64,000 nt of DNA from Selaginella moellendorffii (lineage: Eukaryota; Plantae; Lycopodiophyta). Positions 36,549-49,095 of the stretch are shown piece by piece. The number at the start of each line of letters is the position of its first letter. The first letter of the stretch is position 1. The position numbers and the translations under genes were made by a program. The notes under the pieces are model-generated. The model was not told the origin of the DNA. It did no database searches and saw nothing but the letters and a program-made list of their open reading frames with translations. The stretch lies in NCBI RefSeq assembly GCF_000143415.4, contig NW_003314321.1, forward strand, positions 692,236 through 756,235, given 5' to 3'.

Positions 36549-38700
36549 TATAAGCGACTAAATTTTCCTTTCTACTTTAGTCACTTAACCACACCTCTAA
36601 CCACTTGGAGGAGTCTCACTCACAACCTCCATAAGTCATATTTCGGATTTGGGCTTGTTAGCCCTGAGAATAGCATCCCCGCCACTCAACCTTTGCACTT
36701 GGTCCAAGTGCTCCACGTGTTCAATCCCATTACCAACACCCCAAGGTACCATTGACATATTAGCCTATTACGCTAAGGCCATGCCCCTTCACCTTGGTCA
36801 CACCGATAGTTTAACACCACCTACATCACAATCCCATCTCTCAAATACTAGGCCATCCATCCACGAGTGATCATCCCAAATCCATTTCTTAGCATCTTTA
36901 GGATGCCCACAGACATGGGGATTAACTTTCCCCCATATCCCTTTTTCAGTCCCCACCACATCCTTTTTTGTCCATAGCCAAGTTCGCCAACATTGCTACT
37001 AAATCAAGGCACATAAGCTTGACCACTAAGTCCCTCAATCCTCTGGGACTTCCTCCTCACATGATCGTATCTTTAGTCTCTACACTAGAGAATGGCTCCT
37101 CTTCCTTTTCATAGTCTGGGACTTTGGGGCAACATTTCAGATTACCATGGCCTTACACGAGCCTCATGGGTACTCTCCCCGCCTTCTGCCTTTGGGTGCT
37201 CTAGCCATGGGCTTAGAGCGAAGTTCCGTTGAGCCATGCCAGATATCCAAGTAGGTAGTGCCACCCATACTTGGATTGGGAGCATCGACCATTCGATCTC
37301 CCAGGGGAACTAGAGCCGACTCTTGAACATTTCACCAAGCTACCCCGCTTGTTAATTTGTATTCACTTTAGTCTTGGACTTCCCAGTGGTTATCCCATCA
37401 CCCAACATCTAGGTGCAGCTTTCTTGGGCTGAACTGGCCTTTTCTAGCCAAACTGGCTCCACTGGAGTTTTCCCCCTTACTATACTTTTGGAGTTCACCA
37501 AAGCCCCCAAGGTCTGGGAGATGAACACTTTGGGCTTTCACCCTCTCAGACTCGAACTCGGACTCGCACTCAGATTCGGACTCGGGTTCGGACTCGGACT
37601 TGGACTTGGGTCCCTCGGTCCTCTGGGACTTCCTCCTCACATGACCGTATTCTTGGTCTCTACACTAGAAGATGGCTCCTCTTCCTTTTCACAATCTGGG
37701 ACTTTGGGGCAACATTTCGGAACACCATAGCTTTACGCGAGCCTCGTGGGTACTCTCCCCGCCTTCTGCCTTTGGGTGCTCTAGCCATGGGCTTAGAGCG
37801 AGGTTCTGTTGAGCCACGCCAGGTATCCAAGTAGGTAGTGCCACCCACACTTGGATTGAGAACATCAACCATTCAATCTCCCGGTGGAACTAGAGCCGAC
37901 TCTTGAACACTTCACCAAACTACCCCACTTGTCGATCCGTATTCACTCTAGTCTTGGACTTCTTAGTGGTTATCCTATCACCCAACACCTGGGTGTAGCC
38001 TTTCTGGGCCGAATTGACCTTTCCTGGCCAAACTGGCCTTTCCTGGCCAAACTGGCTCTACTGAAGTCCTCCCCTTTACTATACTTTTAGAGCTCACCAA
38101 ACCCCCTAAGGTCTGGGAGATGAATGCTTTGGGCTTTCACCCTCTCGGACTCAAACTCAGACTTAGACTTGGACTTGGACTCGAGTTTGGACTCGGACTC
38201 AGACTTGGGCTCGGGCTCGGTCTCGGCCTTGGCCTCGGTCTCAATTTCAGTCCCGATCTCGGTCTCGGTCTCGGTCTCGGTCCCGGTCTCAGTCCCGGTC
38301 CCGGTCTCGACCTCGGACTCCATCTCGGGTCCTTCTCGGACTCCATCTCGAATTCCATCTCGGGTCCATCTCAGACTCCGTCTCGGTCCATCTCGGACTC
38401 CATCTCAAACTCCATCTTGGGTCCATCTTGGGTCCCTCTTGGAGTCCATCTCGGGTCCATCTCAGACTCTTACCACATGTCATGTGTTAGTCCTCTTGTG
38501 TCCCTTTTCTAGAGACTCACTTATTGCTTGCTTCGTGTTTGTTCCTTGAGCACTTCGTTGGGAGTTCCACTCCCACTCTTGACCTTTCAAATCGGAGTTT
38601 TTAGTCCAAATGTGTTACGCTCGTTTGGTTTTCGCTTTGGCCACTACCACATGGCACCCTTCCAGCTCCACTTTGGGGCCTAGGGATTTTGTATCTCACA
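36549..38700 (+). mobile_element. Probable solo LTR (about 2.15 kb) with an internal duplication of about 580 bp
   Basis: Starts TATAAG (likely decayed TGTAAG) and ends CTCACA. Flanks TTTTT and CTTTT are a near-TSD. 37042 onward and 37622 onward are direct repeats. Confidence 0.65.
38146..38470. repeat. Hexamer/short-unit repeats (GGACTC, GGTCTC, CCATCTCGG) inside the LTR
   Basis: Directly visible periodicity; a shorter run lies at 37547-37610. Confidence 0.85.
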
Positions 38701-40142
38701 CTTTTATTTGTGCGTGCAAGAAACTTTGCTGTTATATAAAATTTTATTCATCTCAATTGAGCTTGATTTTTGAATTTTTGGTATTTATAGACTAACTATT
38801 ATATATTTTTTTATATGATCAATCATTATAACCACATCCATAAGCAGTTGAACAATATTTAATGATAAATACAAATTTGCACCCTAAGATACAGCTACTC
38901 TACCAACCAAAAGGATAGCCTCAACTCAAGATTTGTTTCTCTTTGCCACCACCACAACACTAAGAGGAATTAGGCTTTATGGTCAGAGGATTAAATAATT
39001 ATTTTTTGGATTTTTGTCGTAGCAACATTATTTACATCCCATTAACCTTCTTTCAAACTACAAATGGATCAACCTCTTAATCAATTGTGGATTCAATTTG
39101 AATCACTTAAAAAAGAGTAGATAACATAAATTGTTTGCATTTACAACATACTTCATAATTAATTATCATATATAGCAATTAAAATGTGATTGTGTCCATT
39201 ATAATATAGAATAAAAATACAAACAGTATTCTGACAAAGGTAAGAACAAAAGATGTTTGTTTTATCAGGCATTGTCAATGATATAATATTTAACCAATGC
39301 TTTTAGAATTTGTGAATGTGCATAAAATATTTCATTAGCCATTAACTCCATACTACAAGTTGTAAAAGAGAGTAGAGGATAAATAATAGAACACTTTTAT
39401 TATCCACAACTAAGGGGAAAATCATATAACTATTATTCATAGCTAAAGAGGATATATCACTACAACTTAAAATATCAAAATACTTCTTTACAAATCTCTT
39501 TTTAGTTTTCTTAACTTAGTTTTCTTAGCATGTGTGCGAAATATTATTAAAACTTCCCTTTAAACTGTGTATAACAACAATTCAATCATCAACCATAGGA
39601 GGTTGATGTGCACAGATAAATTTTTTAATAAAACCACACACATATAAAACAATCCCAACTTGAGTGGCTTAGATATTTTAGAATCCACGTGCATTAGCAA
39701 GTTCTTGATGTAAATACCAAAATGTATAATGAACTCCCCCAAAAAGTTGTATAGCTTCAACACCTTATCAACAACTTTATGAGAATATCTCGCAAAAGCC
39801 TCACTAAGTCCATCAAAATAGTGGCATTTAATAGTGTATGAAGACCATCAAACACTAATTGAATAATGGCATTTAATAGTGTCACAAAATTCACAAACCA
39901 AAGCAATGCAACACCTTCCAAACATAGGGGAAATTCTTGAAATTGTGGCATATAATCCTACCCATTATATATAATGACTATCAGGAAATATATAATTTAC
40001 AAGTGAACATCTTCTATAGGCAGTCTTGAGAATAGTGTCAACTGAAAATGGCCAGTGTAAGAAGTGTTGCACAACCCTTTAACTAGCTCATGCTAAAGAA
40101 TCATAAGAAGTCACCCCATCAATGTAAGTATGGCAAGAAAGA

Positions 40143-42269
40143 GTGTTTACGTGGCAACAAAAATTAGCCTACGTTTCGTTGCCAAATAAACTTTTATTTG
40201 GAATTAGAGAGTTTAGGTTTAAGGTCGTGGCGGCACGGCATCCAGGTACATTTCCAAATCCATGGCGGCTCCTCCAGCAATCCTTCCATGCCGCAACGCT
40301 CCAGGTGTGTCGCAGCACCAGGGATGTAGAAACCGGGAGGAGGATCCACGCTACCACGGGGATTTCCAGCATTGCCGTGCCCAGCGCCTTAATCCGCATT
40401 TGTGCTCGATGTGGCAACATGGTAGAAGCTCATAGCGCTTTGCATTCCATGCCCGGAGCATTGCTGCGTGGTGTGGATCCCTGGATGCTGGGATACGTTA
40501 GTCCGGGTCTAGAACCTCTCACAGGCATGGAAGGAATCTATCTTGCTGCTGCCAAGGCTTGTTCGCGTCTCGCCGAAAGCTCCCCCAAGCAAGATGCAGG
40601 CTGGTGGATGGAAACTGGGATGAGGGTCTCCTCCGGAGCAGCGGCAAAGGGATTCATCGACTCGGACATCAAAGTCGCGAATGCGGTGATGGAGATGCTT
40701 GCCAAAATCGGCTCCACGGTGGAAGCTCGCAGAGTTTTCGATAGGATGGCGATCCATAGCTGCGTCTCCTGGACAGTGCTGATGCTGGGATACGTCGAGA
40801 ACGACGAGGCGGGGCTGGCTTTGCTGTGCTTCGATCGCATGAAGATGGAAAGCTCGTGCTCGCCCGACGCTAGAGTTTTCGTGGCGGCTCTCAAGGCGTG
40901 CTCGGGCATTGCTTCCAAGGAGGAGGCTTTCGAGGAGATTGGCGGAAAGGCCGTGAAGCTGAGGTGTTTGGAGAGAGGGATGGCGATTCACTCGCAGGCT
41001 GTGGAGCTCGGATGCAACGAGGCCAACAAGTTTGTAGCGAGCTCGCTGGTGGATATGTACTCCAACTGTGGAAGTTTGCTCGACGCTCGGATGGTTTTCG
41101 ACAAGAGTTTCGTGCTCTTTCTCGACGACGTCGTGCTCTGGAACGCAATGCTCCATGCGTACGTGGAGAATGGAGAGCCCGAGATGGCCGTCCGAGTCTT
41201 CGATTCCATGCAACGGCTCAAAAGCTGCGCTGCTCCAAACACTCGGACTTACTCCACGGTTCTCAAGGCCTGCTCGAGCTTGGCGAGTGAAGAGGAAGGC
41301 CAGACGCTAGAAACAGGAGGAGTTGTCAAGCTTTCCTCGCTGGAGAGAGGCATGGCTCTCCATTCGGAGGTGTCGAGGCGGGGATTTCAATTGGACAGCT
41401 TCGTTGCCAGTACGCTCGTGAGCATGTACGCGAGCTGTGGAAGCATGGTGGACGCTCGCAGAGTCTTCGATCGCTTGCTCAACCGGAACGTCTTCTCGTG
41501 GACAGTTTTGGTGCTCGGCTACGCCTCAAGCGGGGAAGAGGCCTCGGCACTCCACTGCTTGGAGCTCATGAGAGACGAAGGCCTGGTTCCCGAGAGCCCG
41601 ACTTTCGTCGCCGCTCTCAAAGCTTGCCTGAGCCTGGACGCAACTCTAGCAGTTCACGCCGAGATCAACAGGTATGGAGCGCTCGTCCACTTCGATTCTC
41701 CGCTCGCCACCTCGATCATCGATGTCTATGGAAGATACGGCGAGGTGGCGAAAGCCCAGCAAGTTTTCGACTCGCTCCCATCGTCCAGGAGCGGGAAAGC
41801 AACTTGGACCGCGCTGCTCGCTGGATTGAGCCGCAGCGGCGAGAGCGATCGAGCCTTGGAGCTCTTCGAGAGGATGCTGGGCGAAGGCGTGGATCCAGAC
41901 GCGACCACCTTGCAGTGTGTGCTGAGCTCTTGCAGCCACTCTGGCCGGATCCAAGCCGGGAGGAAGCTCTTCGACACGATGGAGCAAAAGTTTGGGATCC
42001 AGCCGTGCGTGGAGCACTACATTTGCGTGGTGGATCTGCTGTGCCGCGCGAATGAGCTCCAGGCCGCCGTGGAGCTCCTCAGATCGATGCCTTTCAAGCC
42101 GACTGCGGTGGGATGGACGATCCTTCTCGCGGGGTGTGAGAAGTGGAAGAACTTGGAGATTGGGCGAGTGGCATTCGAGGCGCTGCTGGGAATGGACGAG
42201 ACGAGAGATGGATCGAGCTATGCCTACGTACTCATGGAGAACATTTACAAGCAAAGAGATCAAACTTAA
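40143..42269 (+). CDS. PLS-class PPR protein with elongated L motifs, truncated E domain, no DYW; start uncertain
   Basis: P-L-S triplets with inserts (ACSSLASEEEG...VKLSSLERGMALHS) and HYICVVDLLCRA. Confidence 0.88.
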   Translation: MFTWQQKLAYVSLPNKLLFGIREFRFKVVAARHPGTFPNPWRLLQQSFHAATLQVCRSTRDVETGRRIHATTGISSIAVPSALIRICARCGNMVEAHSALHSMPGALLRGVDPWMLGYVSPGLEPLTGMEGIYLAAAKACSRLAESSPKQDAGWWMETGMRVSSGAAAKGFIDSDIKVANAVMEMLAKIGSTVEARRVFDRMAIHSCVSWTVLMLGYVENDEAGLALLCFDRMKMESSCSPDARVFVAALKACSGIASKEEAFEEIGGKAVKLRCLERGMAIHSQAVELGCNEANKFVASSLVDMYSNCGSLLDARMVFDKSFVLFLDDVVLWNAMLHAYVENGEPEMAVRVFDSMQRLKSCAAPNTRTYSTVLKACSSLASEEEGQTLETGGVVKLSSLERGMALHSEVSRRGFQLDSFVASTLVSMYASCGSMVDARRVFDRLLNRNVFSWTVLVLGYASSGEEASALHCLELMRDEGLVPESPTFVAALKACLSLDATLAVHAEINRYGALVHFDSPLATSIIDVYGRYGEVAKAQQVFDSLPSSRSGKATWTALLAGLSRSGESDRALELFERMLGEGVDPDATTLQCVLSSCSHSGRIQAGRKLFDTMEQKFGIQPCVEHYICVVDLLCRANELQAAVELLRSMPFKPTAVGWTILLAGCEKWKNLEIGRVAFEALLGMDETRDGSSYAYVLMENIYKQRDQT

Positions 42270-42400
42270 ACTATGGAATAACTTAAAGGAATATACTGTA
42301 GAATAATCTCAACTTGAGAGAATATACTATAGAATAATCTCATAGACCATAAACCCTAAACTTAACTTCGTTTTAAATGGTTTAAGAACAATGTGGGGCG

Positions 42401-44881
42401 ATGTCACTTTTGTCAAAGAAATGGAATGGTCATCGCCCTCTTCTCTGGATCGCCAGATCGTTTGATCATCGGCCTCTCCTCTGGATTGCGAGATCGTTTG
42501 ATCATCACCCTCTTCTCTGGATCGCTCGATCGTTTACTACATCGTCAATCGCAATCGATGACCAGCACCATGACGAGCAAGGCGAGGACGAGGACGAGGA
42601 GCGCATCAAGCGCTTGGGACGGCTCCTCCGGTCGTGCACCGCCGCCAGGGACATCTCCGCTGGCCGCCGCGTCCACCACAGCATCGCCAATCACCGCCGC
42701 CCGCCTCCCACAATCCTCTCCAATCTCCTCGTCGACATGTACGCGAAATGCGGCAAGCTCCTCGAGGCCCGATCGGCTTTCGATGCGATTCAATCGCCCA
42801 ATTGCTTCTCCTGGAACATCTTGCTCCAGGCATATGCCCTTCATGGGCATCTGGAGTACGCCAAGAGTCTCTTCGATTCTATGCCCAGGAGAGATCTCGT
42901 CTCTTGGACGGCGATCGTCTCGTCATACGCGCAGGTGGGATCGACACAGCAGGCGCACTGCTTATTCGATTCCATGCCCGCGAGGAATGTTGTGGCCTGG
43001 AACGCCATAGTCTCAGCATTTGCCCGAGAGCGGCATTTGCAAATATTGAAAAACCTCTTTGATTGGATGCCTGAGAGGAGCATCGTCTCCTGGACGGCGC
43101 TCATCGCCGGCTTCTCGCAGGCCGGATCGCTGCGGGAGTCGATCGCCATCTTCGATCGAATGCCCACCCGCGACCTCGTCGCCCACAACGCGATCGTGGC
43201 GGCGCTGGCCCTCCATGGCCATGCCGCCGACGCGATCACGCTCTTCGATCGAATCCCACAGCGCGATGTGGTCACCTGGACCGCGGCGCTGCAGGGCCTC
43301 GCGCAAGAGGGCCGGATCGACGAATCGCGCAGCTTGTTCGATCGGATGCCGTCGAGGAATCTCGTTTCCTGGAATGCGCTCCTCCCGGCGTACGCGATCG
43401 CTGGACAGCTGGGAGAGGCCGAGAAGCTCTTCAATTCGATGCCGCAGTGGGATTCCCACGCCTGGAACTCGATGATCCAGGGGTATGGCGTCAATGGCTT
43501 CCCGGAGAAAGCCAAAACGCTGTTTGCCAGCATGGCGCAGCCGGATGTCGCCACGTGGACCAATGTGCTTGCGGCCTTTGCCGCGCGCGGGGATTTAAAC
43601 GAGGCGGAGTTCTTCTTCGCGCGGATGCCGTGGCGGGACGTGATCTCCTGGAACTCGATGCTCCAGGGCTATGCCCAGAATGGTTTCCTGGAGAAATCGA
43701 GCGAGGTTTTTGGCCAGATCGCGGTCAGGGATGTGTTTTCGTGGACGATCTTGCTGTCGGCGTATGCCCAGGAAGGATGTTTGGAGGAAACGCTCCAGAT
43801 CTTCGAGAAAATGCCGGGCAGGGACATCGTTTCCTGGACTGCGGTCGTCCTCGCCTACGCGCAGAGCAATCTCCTGGAGAAATCCAAGGCCACATTCGAT
43901 CAAATGCCGAAGCGTGACGCTCGGGCGTGGACGACTCTCATCGCGGCTCATACCCAGAACGGCCATCTTGACAAGGCTATGAAAATCTTCCGCGCGATGC
44001 CACAGCGAGAGACTCTTGCATGGAGCATCCTCGTGTCGGCATTTGCGAACAATGGGCGATTGGAAGAGGCGAGGGCGGTGTTCCAGATCGTGCCCGAGCA
44101 GCACACCGCCACTGCCAATGCGATGATCGGAGCTTACGCCACCGCCGGGCGCCTCGAATCCGCCAAGACAGTCTTTGACGATCTCTCCCTCTCGAGCAAA
44201 GCCAACGTTGTGTCGTGGACAGCCATGACCGCTGCTTACGTCCGAGCGGGTTGTGAAGGCAAGGCCACCGAGCTCTTCGATTCCATGCCCGAGAAGGACT
44301 CGGTGTCGTGCTCGGTCGTGGTCGGGCTCCGGAACGATGCTCTCCAGATCATGGATCTCGAGGGCGTTGGTCCAAACGAGCAGACCATTCTCCGGTTGTT
44401 TGGAGCATGCAGCCACTTTGGAAGAGTCGAGGAAGCCAAGAAGTTCTTCTCATCGATGCGTGACGATCACGGGATAGAGCCGCGGATCCACCACTTTTGC
44501 TCCATGATCGACGTTCTTGGGCGGGCTGGGCGATTGCGAGAGGCCGAGGAGCTCGTGGAGACGATGCCTTTTGAGCCGGATCAAGTGGTGTGGACAGCGC
44601 TCTTGAGCGCTTGCATTCTTCACAAGAACGTCGAGTTTGCTGCTAAAGTCGGCGAGAAGCTCGTGGAGTTGGATCCCGCGAGCTCCACGCCGTATGTTTT
44701 GCTGTATAATCTCTACGTGAAGACTGGACAGCAGCACGAGGTGGCCAAGTTGATGAGGAAGATGAGAGATCGAGGCTGGAAGAACATCGGTGATGTGTTA
44801 GAGAACAAGCTTCTATTGCCGTTGGAAGAAGGCGAGCAAGAGAGAAAAAAAGATGACGATGATAATGAAGGTAGACAATAG
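42401..44881 (+). CDS. PLS-class PPR protein (SS-rich, E domain, no DYW)
   Basis: 826-aa ORF with HFCSMIDVLGRAG...MPFEPDQVVWTALLSAC...PYVLLYNLY. Confidence 0.93.
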   Translation: MSLLSKKWNGHRPLLWIARSFDHRPLLWIARSFDHHPLLWIARSFTTSSIAIDDQHHDEQGEDEDEERIKRLGRLLRSCTAARDISAGRRVHHSIANHRRPPPTILSNLLVDMYAKCGKLLEARSAFDAIQSPNCFSWNILLQAYALHGHLEYAKSLFDSMPRRDLVSWTAIVSSYAQVGSTQQAHCLFDSMPARNVVAWNAIVSAFARERHLQILKNLFDWMPERSIVSWTALIAGFSQAGSLRESIAIFDRMPTRDLVAHNAIVAALALHGHAADAITLFDRIPQRDVVTWTAALQGLAQEGRIDESRSLFDRMPSRNLVSWNALLPAYAIAGQLGEAEKLFNSMPQWDSHAWNSMIQGYGVNGFPEKAKTLFASMAQPDVATWTNVLAAFAARGDLNEAEFFFARMPWRDVISWNSMLQGYAQNGFLEKSSEVFGQIAVRDVFSWTILLSAYAQEGCLEETLQIFEKMPGRDIVSWTAVVLAYAQSNLLEKSKATFDQMPKRDARAWTTLIAAHTQNGHLDKAMKIFRAMPQRETLAWSILVSAFANNGRLEEARAVFQIVPEQHTATANAMIGAYATAGRLESAKTVFDDLSLSSKANVVSWTAMTAAYVRAGCEGKATELFDSMPEKDSVSCSVVVGLRNDALQIMDLEGVGPNEQTILRLFGACSHFGRVEEAKKFFSSMRDDHGIEPRIHHFCSMIDVLGRAGRLREAEELVETMPFEPDQVVWTALLSACILHKNVEFAAKVGEKLVELDPASSTPYVLLYNLYVKTGQQHEVAKLMRKMRDRGWKNIGDVLENKLLLPLEEGEQERKKDDDDNEGRQ
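42428..42535 (+). repeat. 36-bp tandem repeat x3 encoding H(R/H)PLLWIARSF
   Basis: Visible in both DNA and protein. Confidence 0.9.
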
Positions 44882-45739
44882 CGTTTGATCTAAGGAGAGT
44901 TGAACTCCATTCGCCGACGCTCTCTTGCTATGGAATTTCACTCGAATTGTGTTCCAGGAAGAAATCTTTATAAGCGAGCGGATAGTGTTTAAAGGAATAT
45001 CCTTGGGACTACCCTTGCTTCGATGGAATATCCTGGAGGCGGGTATCCCAAACGATGAGAGGGCCCCTGCGGTATATCGCCTTGATTCCGTGGAGCGAAG
45101 AGTTGCACACTACGCTGTGCAAACCATCTCTCGAAAGCACTTGGTGCAGTTCGAGGACTTGCCGGGGTGCAGATGAAAAACACCTTGCAAACAAAGTTTT
45201 CATGTTGATCGGAGCGGATAGAATACGATTTTGGATCTCAACACAAATTCTAAGACCCTGCCTCATCTTTGCTCCTACGGGAACCAGCTAGCAATCGTGA
45301 GCAATGGCTTCCCTCCCAGGCCTATCTCCTTGATAGGCATCGACTCTAGAAACTATGCTGGATCCGATTGGACTCGTGAAGGTGGAGGGTGACAAGCTTG
45401 TCCTTAACCCTCTCGAAGGTGAAGCTTCGTTGCCAATCGTGAAGTTTCGTTCTTTCAGCAACAGGAGAACGTGAAGCTTTCAGCGGCAAAGTTACCTTTT
45501 GAGAGCTCCCAAGTTGACGGAGGCCAGGAACCCACGTTGTTTCTTACCTCTGGAAGATCAACCGATGGAATGGCCAGGGCCTTGTAGGCGACCTGGAATG
45601 GTACTCTGAAGCTCTGCGAAGGCCTGCTCCGCATCATGAGATCATCTGTAGTGAAGAATGGAAACCGCAGAATCTCCGGATGCTCTGTGGGAGTCAGCAT
45701 GAACATGAAATCGACAGGTGCCTGAAGTGTGTGTAGGCA

Positions 45740-47400
45740 CCTATGCAAACGAGATTATCTTCGCGGCGTGTGATGGGATTGGGACCTTCAATTGTTGTGC
45801 TGAGTTGTGGAGAGGAACCTTCAATTCCATTACAGTTTCTGGCACGTCTCGCTCGGAAGACTACCACATTAGCAGATCTCTTGCAGGTTATCGCCCAGGG
45901 ATTTTTCTTCGCTGTTACTTATGTACATACTATTTTGAACAAGCAGGTTGGCTCTACATACGGCGGAGAAGATTTCCTTGAACTGGCAGAGATTTTGAGG
46001 ATGAGAAGCGATGATCTCCCCTCTCACTTTATAGTTAAAGTAAGTTTTGCTTGGTATGTTTCATCTATCCTTTATATTCTTTTTTCCAGAATGATAGTGC
46101 ATCCTCAACTCTGTCAAAGCCGTGGTAGCCTCCGGTCATTCTCCAAATCATGTATGTAGGCGTCTTTTCATTTCATTTGATGTGTGGCTTCTTTTTGTAG
46201 GTCTTGCGGGTTTCAAACTGTTTTGTTCTTCTTTGTTATGACACTGATTTTCATCGATCTTTCTGGCCTGGGCTACTCTGCATGGAGATGAAGAATACAA
46301 ATGTGGATCAAGCTTGATGACTCAAGACTCATTCTCAGGAATCTCCGTAAGTTTCAGTTTTTCCAAGCCATACATGTTAACTAGTAGGATTCTGTTCTGG
46401 TATTGGCACACTGCTCATCGAAGCGATTACTAATGATAATTATTTTATTATGCTTCCAGGAGTATGTTGGCCGGTTTGTAATTTTTGCAGGAACTAAAGG
46501 CTCTCAAACATCTCTTGACCTGCTGAAGAGCCTTGAGGTAATTAAATGTGTATGCTTTCCAATGCTAACATGTGGAACTTCTTAAGGCCGAAGTTGCCTT
46601 GGTTGACGACAGCAGCTTACTGTTCTAGCGAGCTACTTGTCGATTGAGGTACAGTGAAAAACTTACAGAAGTGTTATTATTTTTCTTGTGGGACACTCGA
46701 ATGAAGGTCTCTATGGTGCCATGGGGGTGGCTGAGAAGGTATTACATTCGTTTTGTGTTTGTATGGCATTGAACTGGCTGCTTGTTCTTTTATTTTTATT
46801 TTCTTTCTTTCAGGTATTTTCGTCAGGTGCAAACGTGATTGTCTACCATCCCAATGCTGCTCTTTGCAATGTTGTGGAATTGGAGGTGATCCTCTTGTTT
46901 TTTGGTGTTTGTCGGATCAGTTCATGAACTTTATACATGCAGGTTAGTGGTGTGTCCCATGCCCAGTTTATGAGAAGATTGACAAACGTCCGAAGAGCAG
47001 TTACAGCCATGTTCAGCTCTTGTGAAAGGCAACATACCTGGTAAACTTATCTCGTTTCTACAAGTACTTTAAATTCGTGGAAGTTTACAATTGATCCACA
47101 GGTGAGGGCTTCGGTTTTCTAGCAGCGGCGACAGTGATGGCTATAACGCTGGGGTTTCTCTTGTCAAGCAGGCATTCGAGGTGGGAGATCATATCTAAGC
47201 AATTTGTTTATCCAAGTTGTGTGATTGCGTTCCAGGGATTGGGAGCTGACTCCAAACTCTATGGACTCTATATGAAGTCGAAGAATGTGGATCTATTCAA
47301 GCTGCCACGTCGTAAAGGGGTCCAAGATCTCTTCCGCAGACTTATAGAGGTCGATTTTACCATCCACATTAGAAAGTCCTTTACATTTATCCAGAAGTAA
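45740..47400 (+). pseudogene. Unidentified multi-exon gene or pseudogene
   Basis: A series of short exon-like segments bounded by AG/GT (for example EYVGRFVIFAGTKGSQTSLDLLKSLE and VFSSGANVIVYHPNAALCNVVELE). Family not recognised; some segments contain stops. Confidence 0.35.
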
Positions 47401-47559
47401 GACATGGTGGAAGCCACAGCTAGCAGGAAGAGGCCTCGAAGCCTACCAGGATCAAGCTGCAAATGAGTTTGAAAAGAAGTTTTTCGTCGATAGAGTTCCA
47501 ACCAAAAAAGATTTAAGATCTTTCACTTGGTAGGAAGAATCGCAGTACCTGATTTTAAG

Positions 47560-47870
47560 TGCAAGGAACAGGAAGGCCCGTGCCACGTACTGAGTTCTCC
47601 TCACAAGAGAGTGTTTTGGACATAGAGAACATTTGATGGTATCTGGAGGCTCGATGTTGTAAATCTCGAATCCAAGATAGCCGGTGACCATGGTTTGCAT
47701 GGTTTTTCTGGCGGTTCATCTTATTGCTCACAGCGTTTTCGTTTCTCCAATCACCAAAACCGTGACCCAGGTAGCGTTGACTCTGGGAAGCTCAAACACC
47801 CGTAGATCATATACTTTAACAGTATCGAGAGGCTCCATATCAACTTCGTCGCAATTGTCTTATCAATGAG
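47560..47870 (-). pseudogene. Truncated paralog of the nuclease-like gene at 51697-52023
   Basis: VKVYDLRVFELPRVNATWVTVLVIGETKTL* versus VKVFDPRVFKLGDFDDPWVTVLAIGETKTL. Confidence 0.7.
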
Positions 47871-48400
47871 AACTTTGCAAAAATTTGAGAGATGAATCAT
47901 ACCTCTGATGCAGTTTCCACTTTCATCCGAATGGTCATCTCCTTTGTCCTCAACCAGCCTCGAGTTTCAGTCTATATCCGATGGTTTGATGAGATACCAA
48001 AGGCCATCGATGATTGTAGTGGCTTGTATGAACTTTCACGGGCGCGAGACTTGGCTACTCTGTCAGAATCGCGGAGTGAAACTGGGCGAGACCACATAGA
48101 ATGCACACAAGGAAGAGCGGAGAAGCGCTCTCTCCATCACGTGCTCTCCTGCATTGCACCTTGTCCGTGGATGGCGCCTCAGGGACGAATGTCACCTGTT
48201 GATCTCGAGCAATCTCCTCGTCTGGAATCCCCAAACTAACTTGGTGCCTCATAGATGAATGCTCCTCTAGATTGCCTCACCTCAATCTTCCAGTGTCTTG
48301 GATCGATCTTAGATCGATCTTCCACAGCCTTTATTTAGATGCGCTTGCAACCAAGCCCAAGCAAAACACTACTAATGAAATTCTTTAATGCCAATAATCA

Positions 48401-48473
48401 GGGGATGTAGCTCAATTGGTAGAGCATTTACACAGCAAGTAGAAGGTAGGAGGATCGATACCTCCCATCTCCA
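48401..48473 (+). tRNA. tRNA-Ala(AGC)-like, divergent
   Basis: 73-nt cloverleaf with acceptor GGGGATG/CATCTCC (G3-U70), D arm GCTC/GAGC, anticodon arm TTTAC-ACAGCAA-GTAGA and T arm GGAGG-ATCGATA-CCTCC. T-run downstream. Atypical C33. Confidence 0.8.
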
Positions 48474-48789
48474 TTATTATTTTTAGAAACATTGATGCTT
48501 TTGAGAAATTGCTAAAGTGAAGCAAAATTTTGACACATTTTTTTTTTATATTTCCAAACAGGGCATTTAGTATATCTTTACTTTCAGCTCTTCCAATACA
48601 ATTCTTCTAATTTATGAGAGAGTTTATCTTTTTTCAAGTATAAACCTTTGAGTTTAATGTTTTCTTTCCATGCCAGAAAGATCTTAGAAGATGCATCTAG
48701 AAATGTAATATGAATTTAGGGATGAATGTGGGGCAGGCACCACCTCAATTGCCTCCAAAATCCAAAGCTTAAAAGGTTTGGATCCTTCT

Positions 48790-49095
48790 TTATATTGGGC
48801 CATTAAACTAATGTTAATGATTACCTCCCATCTGTTTTGGGCCTTGAAAATATTCTGCTCTCTTTGTTGATTTGATGCTCTAAGATTCCTTTCTTTTGCT
48901 CTGAGACGGGAGTCTCTATCGAGACACATTGCAGGAGAAGACGATCATCACACTTCTCTCAGCATATTCCCGAACAGGGCATCTAACAAATGCGCTACTC
49001 ATTTTATTCCATGTCCCGACGAGACACTGTCTCTTATAACACAGTTCTTGCAGCTTATGGGAGATAAAAAAAGATTAGTGTTTTTGATCAAATAC
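48790..49095 (+). pseudogene. Deletion-riddled copy of the promoter and 5' end of the PPR gene at 52800
   Basis: Colinear with 52643-53070, but the tRNA and several short segments are deleted. Confidence 0.85.

Noticed and set aside
38087-38549. ET/SV/LG dipeptide-repeat proteins
   Set aside because: Translations of hexamer repeats inside an LTR.
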